Assembly: GCA_947476825.1 (NCBI GenBank)
Contig: CANJRV010000001.1
Span: forward strand, 12,232 to 76,231
Length of the DNA: 64,000 nt
Direction of reading: 5' to 3'
DNA from: Bacteroidota bacterium
Lineage (GTDB): Bacteria > Bacteroidota > Bacteroidia > Chitinophagales > Chitinophagaceae
In this document: positions 1-9,332 of the stretch, piece after piece
Layout: each line of letters opens with the position of its first letter
Position numbering within the stretch: position 1 is the stretch's first letter
Translations under genes and position numbers: made by a program
The notes under the pieces: generated by a model
The model's database searches: none
What the model was told of the DNA's origin: nothing
What the model saw: the letters and a program-made list of their open reading frames with translations, nothing else

Positions 1-1
1 A

Positions 2-349
2 GTTAAAAATACCTATACCGAATTTGCTACTGTGATTGTCTTCTTGCGAGCAGGAAGAGGTGGATTTATGTTTATCCATAATGAAAGTACACATATCAAA
101 CATTCCATTAAAGAACGAATGCTATTAGAAGTAGCTAAGAGCATAGACATTGCGTATCAACTCTGCGAATTGTTTACTCATTATGATATTGACATGGAAG
201 TACATGCGGATATAAATACCAACCCGCAGTTTAAAAGTAATGAAGCCTTACGTGAGGCGACTGGTTATATACTTGGTATGGGTTTCGCATTCAAAGCTAA
301 GCCTGAGGCTTTTGCCAGTAGCTGCTGTGCCAATAAAATGGTGCATTAA
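2..349 (+). CDS. YkuK/DUF458-family RNase H-like protein, C-terminal part (5' end outside the window)
   Basis: The frame is open from nt 2 with no stop before the track's GTG at 32. The tail EVHADINTNPQFKSNEALREATGYILGMGF..KAKPEAFASS resembles the C-terminus of B. subtilis YkuK as I recall it. Confidence 0.6.
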   Translation, partial: VKNTYTEFATVIVFLRAGRGGFMFIHNESTHIKHSIKERMLLEVAKSIDIAYQLCELFTHYDIDMEVHADINTNPQFKSNEALREATGYILGMGFAFKAKPEAFASSCCANKMVH

Positions 350-376
350 ATTCAGTCTATTTATACACGAAGTTGC

Positions 377-1009
377 TTACATCAAAGCCTTTTGTTTTTG
401 TTCTTTAATTGCATTTATCTTCAATTCTTCGATATAGCGCAACACCTCATTCCTACCTAATCTTTTTACAGAGGAGGTTACAAATAGGCTTGGAAGTTCT
501 TCCCAATAAGTCAATAATTTATTCTTAAATAAACGCACATTTCCACTCACTTCCTTTTGCGTTTCTTTATCCGCTTTGGTAAAAATGAGAGAAAATGGAA
601 CGCCCTTTTCACCAAGTTTATTGATAAATTCAATATCTTTTTGCTGTGGTGTATGCCGACTATCTATGAGTAAAAAAAGAGTTTCTAAATTTTCTCTTTG
701 TTCAATATAATTCCAAATCATTTTGGACCATGAGCTCCTTTGCGATTGAGATACTTTGGCAAATCCATAGCCAGGTAAATCGACCCAATACATGTCTTTA
801 TTGATTAAATAATGATTGATTAATTGTGTTTTTCCGGGTGTTGAGGACACTTTTGCCAAATCCTTTTTATTTGCCAACATATTGATGAGGGAGGATTTGC
901 CGACATTACTTCGACCTAAAAATGCAATTTCTGGTTTATCTGCTTTTGGACATTTAAGAATATCTGTATTGCTAATTAAGAATTCAGCGAATTTTACTTC
1001 CATTATCAA
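377..1009 (-). CDS. engB: Ribosome-biogenesis GTPase YihA/EngB (YsxC)
   Basis: G1 GRSNVGKSSLIN, G3 DLPGYG, G4 TKADK. The 210-aa length is typical. Confidence 0.9.
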   Translation of the reverse strand: MIMEVKFAEFLISNTDILKCPKADKPEIAFLGRSNVGKSSLINMLANKKDLAKVSSTPGKTQLINHYLINKDMYWVDLPGYGFAKVSQSQRSSWSKMIWNYIEQRENLETLFLLIDSRHTPQQKDIEFINKLGEKGVPFSLIFTKADKETQKEVSGNVRLFKNKLLTYWEELPSLFVTSSVKRLGRNEVLRYIEELKINAIKEQKQKALM

Positions 1010-1092
1010 ACAAATATAATTAAACTACATTGGATTCAAGGATAATATTCCTATTCATGATCATTACTGTAGAAGAGAAATCAGATGAGCCA

Positions 1093-2727
1093 CTAAAGCA
1101 CCATAAAAAATTTATATTCCAATTGCCCTCGTTTGACTACTAAAGTGGTTTCTCTACCTCTTTCAGATTTGTTGATGGCGTTGATATAATCGTCGAAGTC
1201 AATAATTTTATAATCGCCAATTTTTAAAATCACATCTCCCGATTTCATACCAACAGACTGTGCTGCTTTGTTGGCTATACAAGTACCAATGCGTATTCCA
1301 TTTTGATTAAATGTAAAATCAGGCAATATGCCAATATCTGCTTTCAATTTTTCTAACTTGGTAAGGATATCATTTGTCTTCGTGAATACAATTTTATTTT
1401 GAACATCTATTGCCTCAATGATGTTGTAGATATAATTAATAACAAGTAATTCTCCATCCCCATTTATTTTTTCTACATCATCTGAGGGCTTCATATAATC
1501 TTCATGATAACCAGTACTAAAACCAAGTACAGGAATATTTTTAGTGTAGAATGGTGCATAATCGGCATAACCCAAACCGGAACTATCTAACTGAATTTTA
1601 AATAAGGATTTGTTCGTAAGCTCTAGCATTGGAATCCATGTTGGCGAAGTGGCAGCACCACTTACAAATAACTCTTTGCCCAAATTACTCAATCGTCCAA
1701 GCCCTTCGAGATCTATCATACAACAAAAGGTGTTGACTTGATTTTCATTTTGTTTCAAAAAAGAAATGGCACCTTGGTAGTTTTGTTCATGACCTGAAAA
1801 GGCAATAAATAGAAAATTATAATGTTTTAAATTGGATGATTTAAGCATTTCAGCTAATGACAATAAAGCAGCAACACCACTCGCATTATTATCTGCACCA
1901 CTATATACCATATCACCATTGCTTCCTAAATGATCATAATGAGCGCCAATGATTATAGTATTGCTTGCATTGTTATTAATCATTGCTACTACATTTTTAC
2001 CAACCACATTGGCATCTTCATAACTGATTTTTCCATCAATGCTTATCCAGTCTTTTTTAGCATTCGGTTTAATATAGAGCGTATACGGTTTGTTATTGAT
2101 AACTGCGACTGGTATGCTAATAGGATCAAATTTACGAAGAGTAAGCATCGACAAATCTTGCGTTATATCAATATCATTATAAAAAACTACAGAAGATGCA
2201 CCTTTGGATTGACATTCTTTCGCATAGTCATACATCACCTTTTGTGCATTGCCGCCTTCGTCACATTTGATATCTTTCATGGACACCATCCAAACATTAT
2301 CTTGTTCATTGACATGTGGCAGCGCAAACCCATTGATACTAATGCTTCCACTATAAGGCATCATAAGCACTTCCGTACCAATAAGCAATTTATTTTCTAA
2401 CAATTTGAAATAAGAATTTTTGACCAACTGCTTACCGCGTTTCATGGAAAAATCCCAAGTAAAATTATTTTTGTAAGGAGTCAATCCAAGCCCAGAAAAT
2501 CTACTTTGTATATATTCCGCAGCTTTGGTTTCTCCATCTGTACCAGTAAGTCTTCCTTGCATTTTATCAGAAGCCAAAACAGAAATATCTTGTTTTAGTT
2601 TCACTAACGTTGCATTTTCTGCCTTCTCACTATTGCCTTTACTGAAAGAATTAAAGGGAAGAAGTAGTAAAATAAAAATACCAATTTTTATATGCATGCA
2701 ATGAGACTTGTTTTTTGGAACGCACAA
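1093..2727 (-). CDS. Secreted M28-family metallopeptidase with C-terminal PDZ domain
   Basis: M28 motifs are IIGAHYDHLG and YSGADNNASGVAALL. The C-terminal PDZ-like stretch is AAQSVGMKSGDVILKIGDYKI. The signal peptide begins at the internal MHIKIGIF, so the real start may be 2697. Confidence 0.8.
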   Translation of the reverse strand: MCVPKNKSHCMHIKIGIFILLLLPFNSFSKGNSEKAENATLVKLKQDISVLASDKMQGRLTGTDGETKAAEYIQSRFSGLGLTPYKNNFTWDFSMKRGKQLVKNSYFKLLENKLLIGTEVLMMPYSGSISINGFALPHVNEQDNVWMVSMKDIKCDEGGNAQKVMYDYAKECQSKGASSVVFYNDIDITQDLSMLTLRKFDPISIPVAVINNKPYTLYIKPNAKKDWISIDGKISYEDANVVGKNVVAMINNNASNTIIIGAHYDHLGSNGDMVYSGADNNASGVAALLSLAEMLKSSNLKHYNFLFIAFSGHEQNYQGAISFLKQNENQVNTFCCMIDLEGLGRLSNLGKELFVSGAATSPTWIPMLELTNKSLFKIQLDSSGLGYADYAPFYTKNIPVLGFSTGYHEDYMKPSDDVEKINGDGELLVINYIYNIIEAIDVQNKIVFTKTNDILTKLEKLKADIGILPDFTFNQNGIRIGTCIANKAAQSVGMKSGDVILKIGDYKIIDFDDYINAINKSERGRETTLVVKRGQLEYKFFMVL

Positions 2728-2785
2728 ATATAAATGACTCTACAGACTATCCGACTAAAAAAATAGATTTAATAGATGGAATTTT

Positions 2786-2793
2786 TACTTTTG
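2786..2793 (+). promoter_or_regulatory. Bacteroidota-type -7 box TACTTTTG upstream of gcvT
   Basis: Exact match to TAnnTTTG, 16 nt before the ATG at 2809. Confidence 0.4.
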
Positions 2794-2808
2794 TGAAAAT
2801 TTTAATAA

Positions 2809-3921
2809 ATGAAGAATACACCATTTACCAATATACATACTCAATTAGGCGCCAAGATGGCTGAATTTGCTGGTTACAACATGCCTATTTCTTATTCAGG
2901 CATCAATGATGAACACGCAGCCGTTCGAAACAGTCTTGGTATTTTTGATGTGAGTCATATGGGTGAATTTTTATTGAAAGGCGAACATGCATTGGAATTG
3001 ATACAAAGAATTACGAGCAATGATGCTTCTAAACTAACAAATGGTAAAGCGCAATATTCCTGTTTTCCAAATAAGGAAGGTGGCATCGTAGATGATTTGT
3101 TGGTGTATTGTATTGAAGAAAATAAAGTATACATGTTGGTGGTGAATGCTTCGAATATGCAAAAAGATTGGGATTGGATTATGCAGCACAATACCAATGC
3201 TGTGGAGATGAAAGACATATCTAATCAAACCGCATTGCTTGCTGTACAAGGACCTAATGCCGTGAATGCCATGCAGCAATTGACAGACATGGATTTGATT
3301 AATTTAAAATATTATACTTTTTGCAAGGGCACCTTTGCAGGGATAGACAATGTAGTAGTGAGCGCAACAGGATATACTGGTGCTGGTGGTGTAGAAATTT
3401 ATTTTCCAGCCTCCTTTACCATGGGAGACGAAAGTCAACTAGCTGCAGAAACTATGTGGCATAAAATTATGGAAGCTGGTGCTGCATTTAATATCAAACC
3501 ATGTGGTTTAGCAGCACGTGATACACTCCGTTTGGAAATGGGTTTTTGTTTGTACGGCAATGATATTGATGATACAACAAGTCCTTTAGAAGCTGGCCTT
3601 GGTTGGATCACAAAATTCACGAAAGACTTTACCAACAGCTCTGCCTTACAACAACAAAAAGCAGATGGCGTAAAACAAAAATTAGTTGGTTTTGAAATGA
3701 TTGATAAAGGCATACCTCGTCATCATTATCTATTAAAATCTGCTGATGGAAATACAATAGGTCATGTAAGTAGCGGCACCCAAAGCCCAAGCTTAGGAAA
3801 GGCTATAGGCTTGGGTTATGTAAGTATTGAACATGCTTCGATAGGCAGTGAAATCTTTGTAGAAGTAAGAGAAAAATTATTGAAAGCAGTGGTTGTAAAA
3901 ATACCTTTTTATCAAGGGTAA
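2809..3921 (+). CDS. gcvT: Glycine cleavage system aminomethyltransferase (T protein)
   Basis: 370 aa. The N-terminus [37 protein letters not shown] and the C-terminal PFY are typical GcvT. Confidence 0.95.
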   Translation: MKNTPFTNIHTQLGAKMAEFAGYNMPISYSGINDEHAAVRNSLGIFDVSHMGEFLLKGEHALELIQRITSNDASKLTNGKAQYSCFPNKEGGIVDDLLVYCIEENKVYMLVVNASNMQKDWDWIMQHNTNAVEMKDISNQTALLAVQGPNAVNAMQQLTDMDLINLKYYTFCKGTFAGIDNVVVSATGYTGAGGVEIYFPASFTMGDESQLAAETMWHKIMEAGAAFNIKPCGLAARDTLRLEMGFCLYGNDIDDTTSPLEAGLGWITKFTKDFTNSSALQQQKADGVKQKLVGFEMIDKGIPRHHYLLKSADGNTIGHVSSGTQSPSLGKAIGLGYVSIEHASIGSEIFVEVREKLLKAVVVKIPFYQG

Positions 3922-4023
3922 GGAAACTTACATAACTATACCATTTTTTCTTTCAAATTCGTTTCAATAATTGATATCCATTCGGATTAAGAACTTTGTT
4001 GCATGGAAAGAAAAATCTCCTTA

Positions 4024-4500
4024 TTACATTTTCTGTTCATGCGTTTTTTCAAACAACATAATATATGAAAGTGGCTTGTCTATTTTTGTTTTTTGCATCA
4101 GTGATAATTCATACAAACCGCTCCTAGGGCAGATATAAGAAAACTCTGTCCAAAATGGTTCCTCCTTTTTTGGATGTACTCGATCTGAAATAATTTCACC
4201 AATACCATCTAAAAATAAGGCGACTTTAATAGTGGAAGCTGAAGGATCCCCTACAAAAGCAAAGTGATACCAATGACCTTCTACCAATTGAATATTGATA
4301 TGGGTATTTTCACCACTTACCAATGGCAATTTTTCTTCCCGCTTAATATGAAATCCATTGCCAGTGTGTACTGCAATCAATTCATTTATTTTGGCATTAT
4401 AGCTTTCCATATCCATTTTCATTTGGGCAGTAATTTCTTGGGCACGACCAAGCAGTGTACCTAATGAAAAGAGACAAAAAAGAAGAAACATTTTTTTCAT
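4024..4500 (-). CDS. Hypothetical secreted protein
   Basis: The ORF has the signal peptide MKKMFLLFCLFSLGTLLGRAQE when started at ATG 4500. The longer track ORF to 4602 adds an implausible hydrophobic leader. No family recognised. Confidence 0.5.
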   Translation of the reverse strand: MKKMFLLFCLFSLGTLLGRAQEITAQMKMDMESYNAKINELIAVHTGNGFHIKREEKLPLVSGENTHINIQLVEGHWYHFAFVGDPSASTIKVALFLDGIGEIISDRVHPKKEEPFWTEFSYICPRSGLYELSLMQKTKIDKPLSYIMLFEKTHEQKM

Positions 4501-4676
4501 TTGAATAAAAGTATTTGCAAGATAAATAAAAGGATAATAAACGAAATACAGAAATAAATAGTATAAAATCAATGGAAGATGGTAATAAAAATCTATCAGC
4601 AAATAGGATAAGAAAAATACTTTTTACAAAAAGATAAAACACAGATGTATATTAGTGTTCAAATTAAATCATAAAA

Positions 4677-5672
4677 TTGGCAAAGCAAATTACAATACTT
4701 GGAAATGGCAGTTGGAGTTCGGCATTGGCTAAAATACTGACGGATAATAAACAAGCCATTCATTGGTGGATGCGCAGTAGTGAGGCTATTCAGAGCTTGA
4801 CCATCACACATCATAATCCGCATTATTTAACAAGTGTGAAGTTTGATATGAATGTGGTGACATTACACGATAACATTCAAGAAGCAATCGAAGCTTCAGA
4901 TATAATTCTCATCGGTATTCCATCTGCATTTGTGGTGGAAGCATTACAAAATCTACCACTAACTATCTTCAAAGACAAAATAATTTTGTCTGCTATCAAG
5001 GGCATATTACCGAATGAAAATGTGATTTTAAATGAATACCTTGAAGCTCATTTTTCTGTTTCATTAGATGATTATTGTTGCATCAGTGGTCCTTGTCATG
5101 CCGAAGAGGTTGCGTCTGAAAAGCTGTCCTACCTTACGTTTGCATCCAACAATGCAGCGTTGGCACAGGAGATGGCAGATTTATTTCGCAATGAAAATTT
5201 ACAAACCGTAGTGAGCAATGATGTGTATGGTGTTCAATATGCATCGGTACTTAAAAACATTTATGCACTCGGTGCAGGTATTGCACATGGACTCGATTAT
5301 GGCGATAATTTTTTAAGTGTTTACATCACCAATTGCTTTGCCGAATTGCAGCAATTCATGGATGTAATCAGCACCCAAACGCAACATCATTATAATACTA
5401 GCGCTTATCTCGGCGATTTATTGGTTACTTGTTATTCCATGCACAGTAGAAATAGAACGTTTGGTAATTTTATTGGCAAAGGATATTCCGTAGCAGCAGC
5501 TAAACTAGAATTAAATATGGTTGCTGAAGGATATTATGCAGCAAAAGGAATTGATGAAATCTGTAAAAAAATAAATTACACCTTACCCATTGCCAACGCG
5601 ATTTACGAAATACTTTGGAATCATAAATCCGCCAAATTAGCCTTTAAGAAAATTGAAGATATCTGTAGTTAG
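4677..5672 (+). CDS. gpsA: NAD(P)H-dependent glycerol-3-phosphate dehydrogenase
   Basis: Rossmann N-terminus ITILGNGSWSSALAKIL, GPCHAEEV and the NIYALGAG block. TTG start. Confidence 0.9.
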   Translation: MAKQITILGNGSWSSALAKILTDNKQAIHWWMRSSEAIQSLTITHHNPHYLTSVKFDMNVVTLHDNIQEAIEASDIILIGIPSAFVVEALQNLPLTIFKDKIILSAIKGILPNENVILNEYLEAHFSVSLDDYCCISGPCHAEEVASEKLSYLTFASNNAALAQEMADLFRNENLQTVVSNDVYGVQYASVLKNIYALGAGIAHGLDYGDNFLSVYITNCFAELQQFMDVISTQTQHHYNTSAYLGDLLVTCYSMHSRNRTFGNFIGKGYSVAAAKLELNMVAEGYYAAKGIDEICKKINYTLPIANAIYEILWNHKSAKLAFKKIEDICS

Positions 5673-5712
5673 GTACTAAAGAAAACAATACTAAACAGGT
5701 AATGAGAATTTG

Positions 5713-5804
5713 TTGGGCGGCGAACACGCTATCCGTTCCAATCTTTTTGCTTCAAAGCAAGCAAAAAGGATTTCCACTACTATCGTTGCCGCAATGCATC
5801 CACC
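5713..5804 (+). repeat. Repeat family A, copy 1 (92 nt, structured)
   Basis: ttgggcggcgaacacgctatccgttccaatctttttgcttcaaagcaagcaaaaaggatttccactactatcgttgccgcaatgcatccacc. It differs at 2 positions from 20087-20178. The outer stem is gcggc.a/ttgccgc and the central hairpin is atctttttgc/gcaaaaaggat. Confidence 0.85.
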
Positions 5805-5886
5805 AAACAAAATCATTTTCTCTATTCCGATTTAGAATAGGTTTATTCGCCTTGAACCATTAATTTCACACTCAAAATATATCTTC

Positions 5887-6426
5887 ATGCACAAAATAAT
5901 CGCTATAATTATGTTCTCCTTCCTATTTGCACCTAAGGCTTTAGATGCACAAATAAAATCCATTTATGATTTCAAAATTGAATCACTAGATGGCGGTACT
6001 ATTGATTTAGCCAAGTATAAAGGCAAGAAAATTCTTATTGTGAATACGGCATCCAAATGTGGATACACACCGCAGTATGAAGGTTTAGAAAAACTATACG
6101 AAAAATATAAAGACAATCTGGTAATTATAGGATTTCCTTCTAACAATTTTTTGTTTCAAGAGCCAGGAACGAGCGCGGAAATAAAACAATTTTGTTCGAG
6201 TAAATACAATGTCACCTTTCCAATGGCAGTGAAAATTGATGTGAAAGGAAAAAATATGAACCCATTATATGTTTGGCTAACGCAAAAAAAGTATAATCAC
6301 TTCAGCGACAACAGCGTAAAATGGAATTTTCAAAAATACTTAATAGATGAAAAAGGAAATTTGATTGCTGTATTTGATCCAAAAATTGAACCAATGAATG
6401 ATGAAATTCTTTCTTTATTAAAATAA
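5887..6426 (+). CDS. Glutathione peroxidase (Cys-type) with signal peptide
   Basis: NTASKCGYTPQY, GFPSNNF.FQEPG and the WNFQKYLI motifs. Confidence 0.9.
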   Translation: MHKIIAIIMFSFLFAPKALDAQIKSIYDFKIESLDGGTIDLAKYKGKKILIVNTASKCGYTPQYEGLEKLYEKYKDNLVIIGFPSNNFLFQEPGTSAEIKQFCSSKYNVTFPMAVKIDVKGKNMNPLYVWLTQKKYNHFSDNSVKWNFQKYLIDEKGNLIAVFDPKIEPMNDEILSLLK

Positions 6427-6484
6427 AAACAAACACAATTTTCATTTTCAAGCGCTGCATATATTCTCTCCTTATCTTCGCAGG

Positions 6485-7609
6485 ATGAACGTAGAATCTC
6501 TTTATCAAAAAGCCTTACAATTTGAATTTCTTACAGCAGAAGAAGGAATTTTTCTGTACGAACATGCACCCCTTGCCGAACTTACCCATGTAGCCAATAC
6601 GCTACGCAAAATACAAGTGCCGCATGGTAAAGTAACTTGGCAAATTGATAGAAATGTAAATACAACCAATGTATGTATTGCCAATTGTAAATTTTGCAAT
6701 TTTTATCGTGTGCCAGGTCATGCAGATGCTTATATAACAGACATTGAGACGTATAAAACAAAAATAGAAGAGACCATTCGTTGGGGTGGTGATCAACTTT
6801 TATTGCAAGGTGGACATCATCCAGATTTGGGTTTGTCATTTTATGTCGACTTATTCAAAGAATTAAAATCGCTTTATCCTTCCATTAAATTACATACGCT
6901 AGGACCTCCTGAAATAGCACATATTACGAAGCTCGAAAAAAGTACACATACTCATGTACTCGCGGCATTAAAAAAAGCGGGCATGGATAGTTTGCCAGGC
7001 GCAGGTGCAGAGATTTTAAATGATCGTGTTCGTCGATTAGTTTCCAAAGGGAAATGCGGTGCACAAGAATGGTTAGATATCATGCGAGCTGCGCACCAAT
7101 TGGATATTACCTCCTCCGCTACTATGATGTATGGACATATAGAAACTTTGCAAGAACGTTTTGAACATTTTGTATCTATTCGTCAAGTGCAAAGTGAAAA
7201 GCCTGAACAATCGAATGGCTTTCTTGCTTTTATTCCTTGGACATTTCAAGATGTAGGCACATTACTCAACAGAATACGTGGTACAAAAACACACAATACC
7301 AGCGAAGAATATATTCGCATGATTGCAATGAGTCGTATCATGTTGCCCAATATAAAAAATATTCAAGCCTCGTGGTTGACGGTTGGCAAAGAAGTAGCAC
7401 AAGCTTGTTTATATGCAGGTGCCAATGATTTTGGAAGTATTATGCTCGAAGAAAATGTAGTAAGTGCTGCCGGCGCACCGCATCGTTTTACTTTTAAAAG
7501 TATACAAGCTGCTATCCGACAAGCAGGATTTGAACCGCAATTACGAACCCAAAAATATGTGTTTAGAGAATTGCCTGAAAGTATAGAGGAGCAGGTGATT
7601 GATTACTAG
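6485..7609 (+). CDS. Radical SAM menaquinone (futalosine-pathway) enzyme, MqnC/MqnE (CofH-like) family
   Basis: CIANCKFCNF CxxxCxxC cluster, GGHHPDLG, SLPGAGAEILNDRVR, SSATMMYGH, FIPWTFQ. I lean MqnC but cannot separate it from MqnE by eye. Confidence 0.8.
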   Translation: MNVESLYQKALQFEFLTAEEGIFLYEHAPLAELTHVANTLRKIQVPHGKVTWQIDRNVNTTNVCIANCKFCNFYRVPGHADAYITDIETYKTKIEETIRWGGDQLLLQGGHHPDLGLSFYVDLFKELKSLYPSIKLHTLGPPEIAHITKLEKSTHTHVLAALKKAGMDSLPGAGAEILNDRVRRLVSKGKCGAQEWLDIMRAAHQLDITSSATMMYGHIETLQERFEHFVSIRQVQSEKPEQSNGFLAFIPWTFQDVGTLLNRIRGTKTHNTSEEYIRMIAMSRIMLPNIKNIQASWLTVGKEVAQACLYAGANDFGSIMLEENVVSAAGAPHRFTFKSIQAAIRQAGFEPQLRTQKYVFRELPESIEEQVIDY

Positions 7610-7655
7610 TTTAGTCTATAACGTTTATATACGTTCAAGATGTAGCTAACAGTTT

Positions 7656-8450
7656 TTAAAACCCATCACCATCCAATATATTTCCTAATCCACCTAATAT
7701 ACTTCCTTCTTCTTTGCGTCGGCCAAATGAGCCATAGGCAAGTATTCTAGATGCTAATCTGCTGACAGGCAATGATTGTACCCAAACTTTTCCTGGACCT
7801 CTTAGTGTAGCAAAAAATAAACCTTCACCACCGAATACCATATTCTTTATTCCGCCTATAAATTGAATATCAAAATCTATTTCAGAAGTATAAGCTACAA
7901 CACAACCTGTATCAATTTTAAGTACTTCTCCAGGTGCCAATGTTTTTTCAAATACATGTCCACCGGCATGCACAAATGCCATTCCATCACCTTCTAATTT
8001 TTGCATGATAAAACCTTCCCCACCAAAGATTCCTGTTCCTAATTTTCGTTGAAATTCAATACCAACACTTACACCTTTGGCAGCACATAAAAAAGCATCT
8101 TTCTGACAAATCAATTTACCATTAAGTTCTTGCAAATTCATGGCAATAATTTTTCCAGGATAAGGCGATGCAAAGTGAACGCGTTTTTTACCTTGTCCTA
8201 CATTTGTGAATGCGGTCATGAATAAACTTTCGCCAGTTAATAACCTTTTACCTGCCGAAAAGAGTTTATCCATAATACTACTGCCTTGCGATGCGGAGCC
8301 ATCTCCAAAAATAGTTTGCATTTCAACACCATCATCCATCATCATGAAAGCGCCACTTTCTGCAATGGCAGTTTCTGATGGATCAAGTTCTATTTCGATG
8401 TGTTGCATTTCCTCTCCGTAAATTTTGTAATCTATTTCGTGTGCGTACAT
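7656..8450 (-). CDS. TIGR00266/AIM24 (DUF124) family protein
   Basis: MYAHEIDYKIYGEEMQHIEIELDP..AESGAFMMM matches the family N-terminus. The start is taken at the internal ATG 8450 rather than 8480. Confidence 0.8.
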   Translation of the reverse strand: MYAHEIDYKIYGEEMQHIEIELDPSETAIAESGAFMMMDDGVEMQTIFGDGSASQGSSIMDKLFSAGKRLLTGESLFMTAFTNVGQGKKRVHFASPYPGKIIAMNLQELNGKLICQKDAFLCAAKGVSVGIEFQRKLGTGIFGGEGFIMQKLEGDGMAFVHAGGHVFEKTLAPGEVLKIDTGCVVAYTSEIDFDIQFIGGIKNMVFGGEGLFFATLRGPGKVWVQSLPVSRLASRILAYGSFGRRKEEGSILGGLGNILDGDGF

Positions 8451-8543
8451 GGTTTTTATTTTTGTGCAAAAATGTTGCATTTAATTCTATCTACACAAAT
8501 TTATTTTATGAGTGGTCAATGGCAAGTATAGAAACAATTGGTA

Positions 8544-8759
8544 CTATTTTTTCGCTACATACACTTTCCCTTTTATCCTGCGCATCATTTCGCGTTCTTC
8601 AGGAGTTTGTACTGTAGCTATGAATTTTGCGGTCTGTTCTATCCAACGAAATTTTTCTTCGATTGTCCATTTTGCATACGCATCTATTTGGGCTTGCGTA
8701 ACCGTATAATGAAACCCCACATGCTCATTTTCTTTGATTGGAATTATTTTATTTTTCAC
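8544..8759 (-). CDS. Small hypothetical protein (71 aa) overlapping the upstream nucleotidyltransferase-fold gene
   Basis: The ORF overlaps the 3' end of 8749-9240 by 11 nt. It looks helical (TIEEKFRWIEQTAKFI). No family recognised. Confidence 0.5.
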   Translation of the reverse strand: MKNKIIPIKENEHVGFHYTVTQAQIDAYAKWTIEEKFRWIEQTAKFIATVQTPEEREMMRRIKGKVYVAKK

Positions 8760-9240
8760 GAGGATACATTTTAGAAAGTAATAAAATATCTTCTTGATCT
8801 TGCACGCGATTCGAGAATTGTTTTAATAAAATCAAATCATCAACGGATACAATTTGAATATCAACAGAGCCAAATTTTCTAACTTCCTTATTCCGCCATA
8901 ATGTATCAAAGTCAATTGGAACTTGAACCAATACATCTAATAAAGCCATATTCGCTTGCGTATTAAAATAAGAATAGGCTATTAGGTTTTTACTTTGCAA
9001 TAGCGAATCTCGATTTTCTTTTTTTGCTAATTGAATAATAGGAACAGGGATTGAACTGGTATAATGAAGTCTAGAAATTTGGGCATGAAAATTTCGCAAA
9101 TTATTTTCTTCAAAATCTAATATAATATCAATATCAGCCGTCATTCTGGGTATGCCAAAAATATTAATTGCCATGCCACCACATAATAAATATTTTATGT
9201 TAGCGGCATTTAATGTTTCAAAAAGTTGCACCAATTCCAT
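8749..9240 (-). CDS. Small Pol-beta-superfamily nucleotidyltransferase-fold protein
   Basis: LLCGGMAINIFGIPRMTADIDIIL is a GG-x9-R-x-T-x-D-x-D minimal NTase motif. The C-terminal DDLILLKQ..R.QDQEDI helix is as seen in small NTase and AbiEii-like proteins. Confidence 0.65.
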   Translation of the reverse strand: MELVQLFETLNAANIKYLLCGGMAINIFGIPRMTADIDIILDFEENNLRNFHAQISRLHYTSSIPVPIIQLAKKENRDSLLQSKNLIAYSYFNTQANMALLDVLVQVPIDFDTLWRNKEVRKFGSVDIQIVSVDDLILLKQFSNRVQDQEDILLLSKMYPREK

Positions 9241-9318
9241 GAATAATCAAACCTAAATTAAAAAGCTTAATAATACAAATAATCTAAGAATAGCCTGTAT
9301 CCTTTCTCAAAACAAGTC

Positions 9319-9326
9319 TATATTTG
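9319..9326 (+). promoter_or_regulatory. -7 box TATATTTG upstream of the GNAT-like gene
   Basis: Exact TAnnTTTG. It overlaps the track's TTG start at 9324, which argues for the ATG at 9333. Confidence 0.4.
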
Positions 9327-9332
9327 TTGCAC

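Noticed and set aside
240-437. 65-aa plus-strand ORF bridging the YkuK-like gene and engB
   Set aside because: It overlaps two supported genes out of frame and has no features of its own.
1930-2400. 156-aa ORF on the plus strand
   Set aside because: It lies entirely antisense to the well-supported M28 peptidase gene. The sequence is Ile/Phe/Asn-rich and low in complexity, with no recognisable motifs.
2728-2808. Glycine riboswitch upstream of gcvT (and 62402-62494 upstream of gcvH)
   Set aside because: The leaders are only about 80-90 nt and extremely AT-rich. They lack the conserved GGAGAG...CACCG-type cores.
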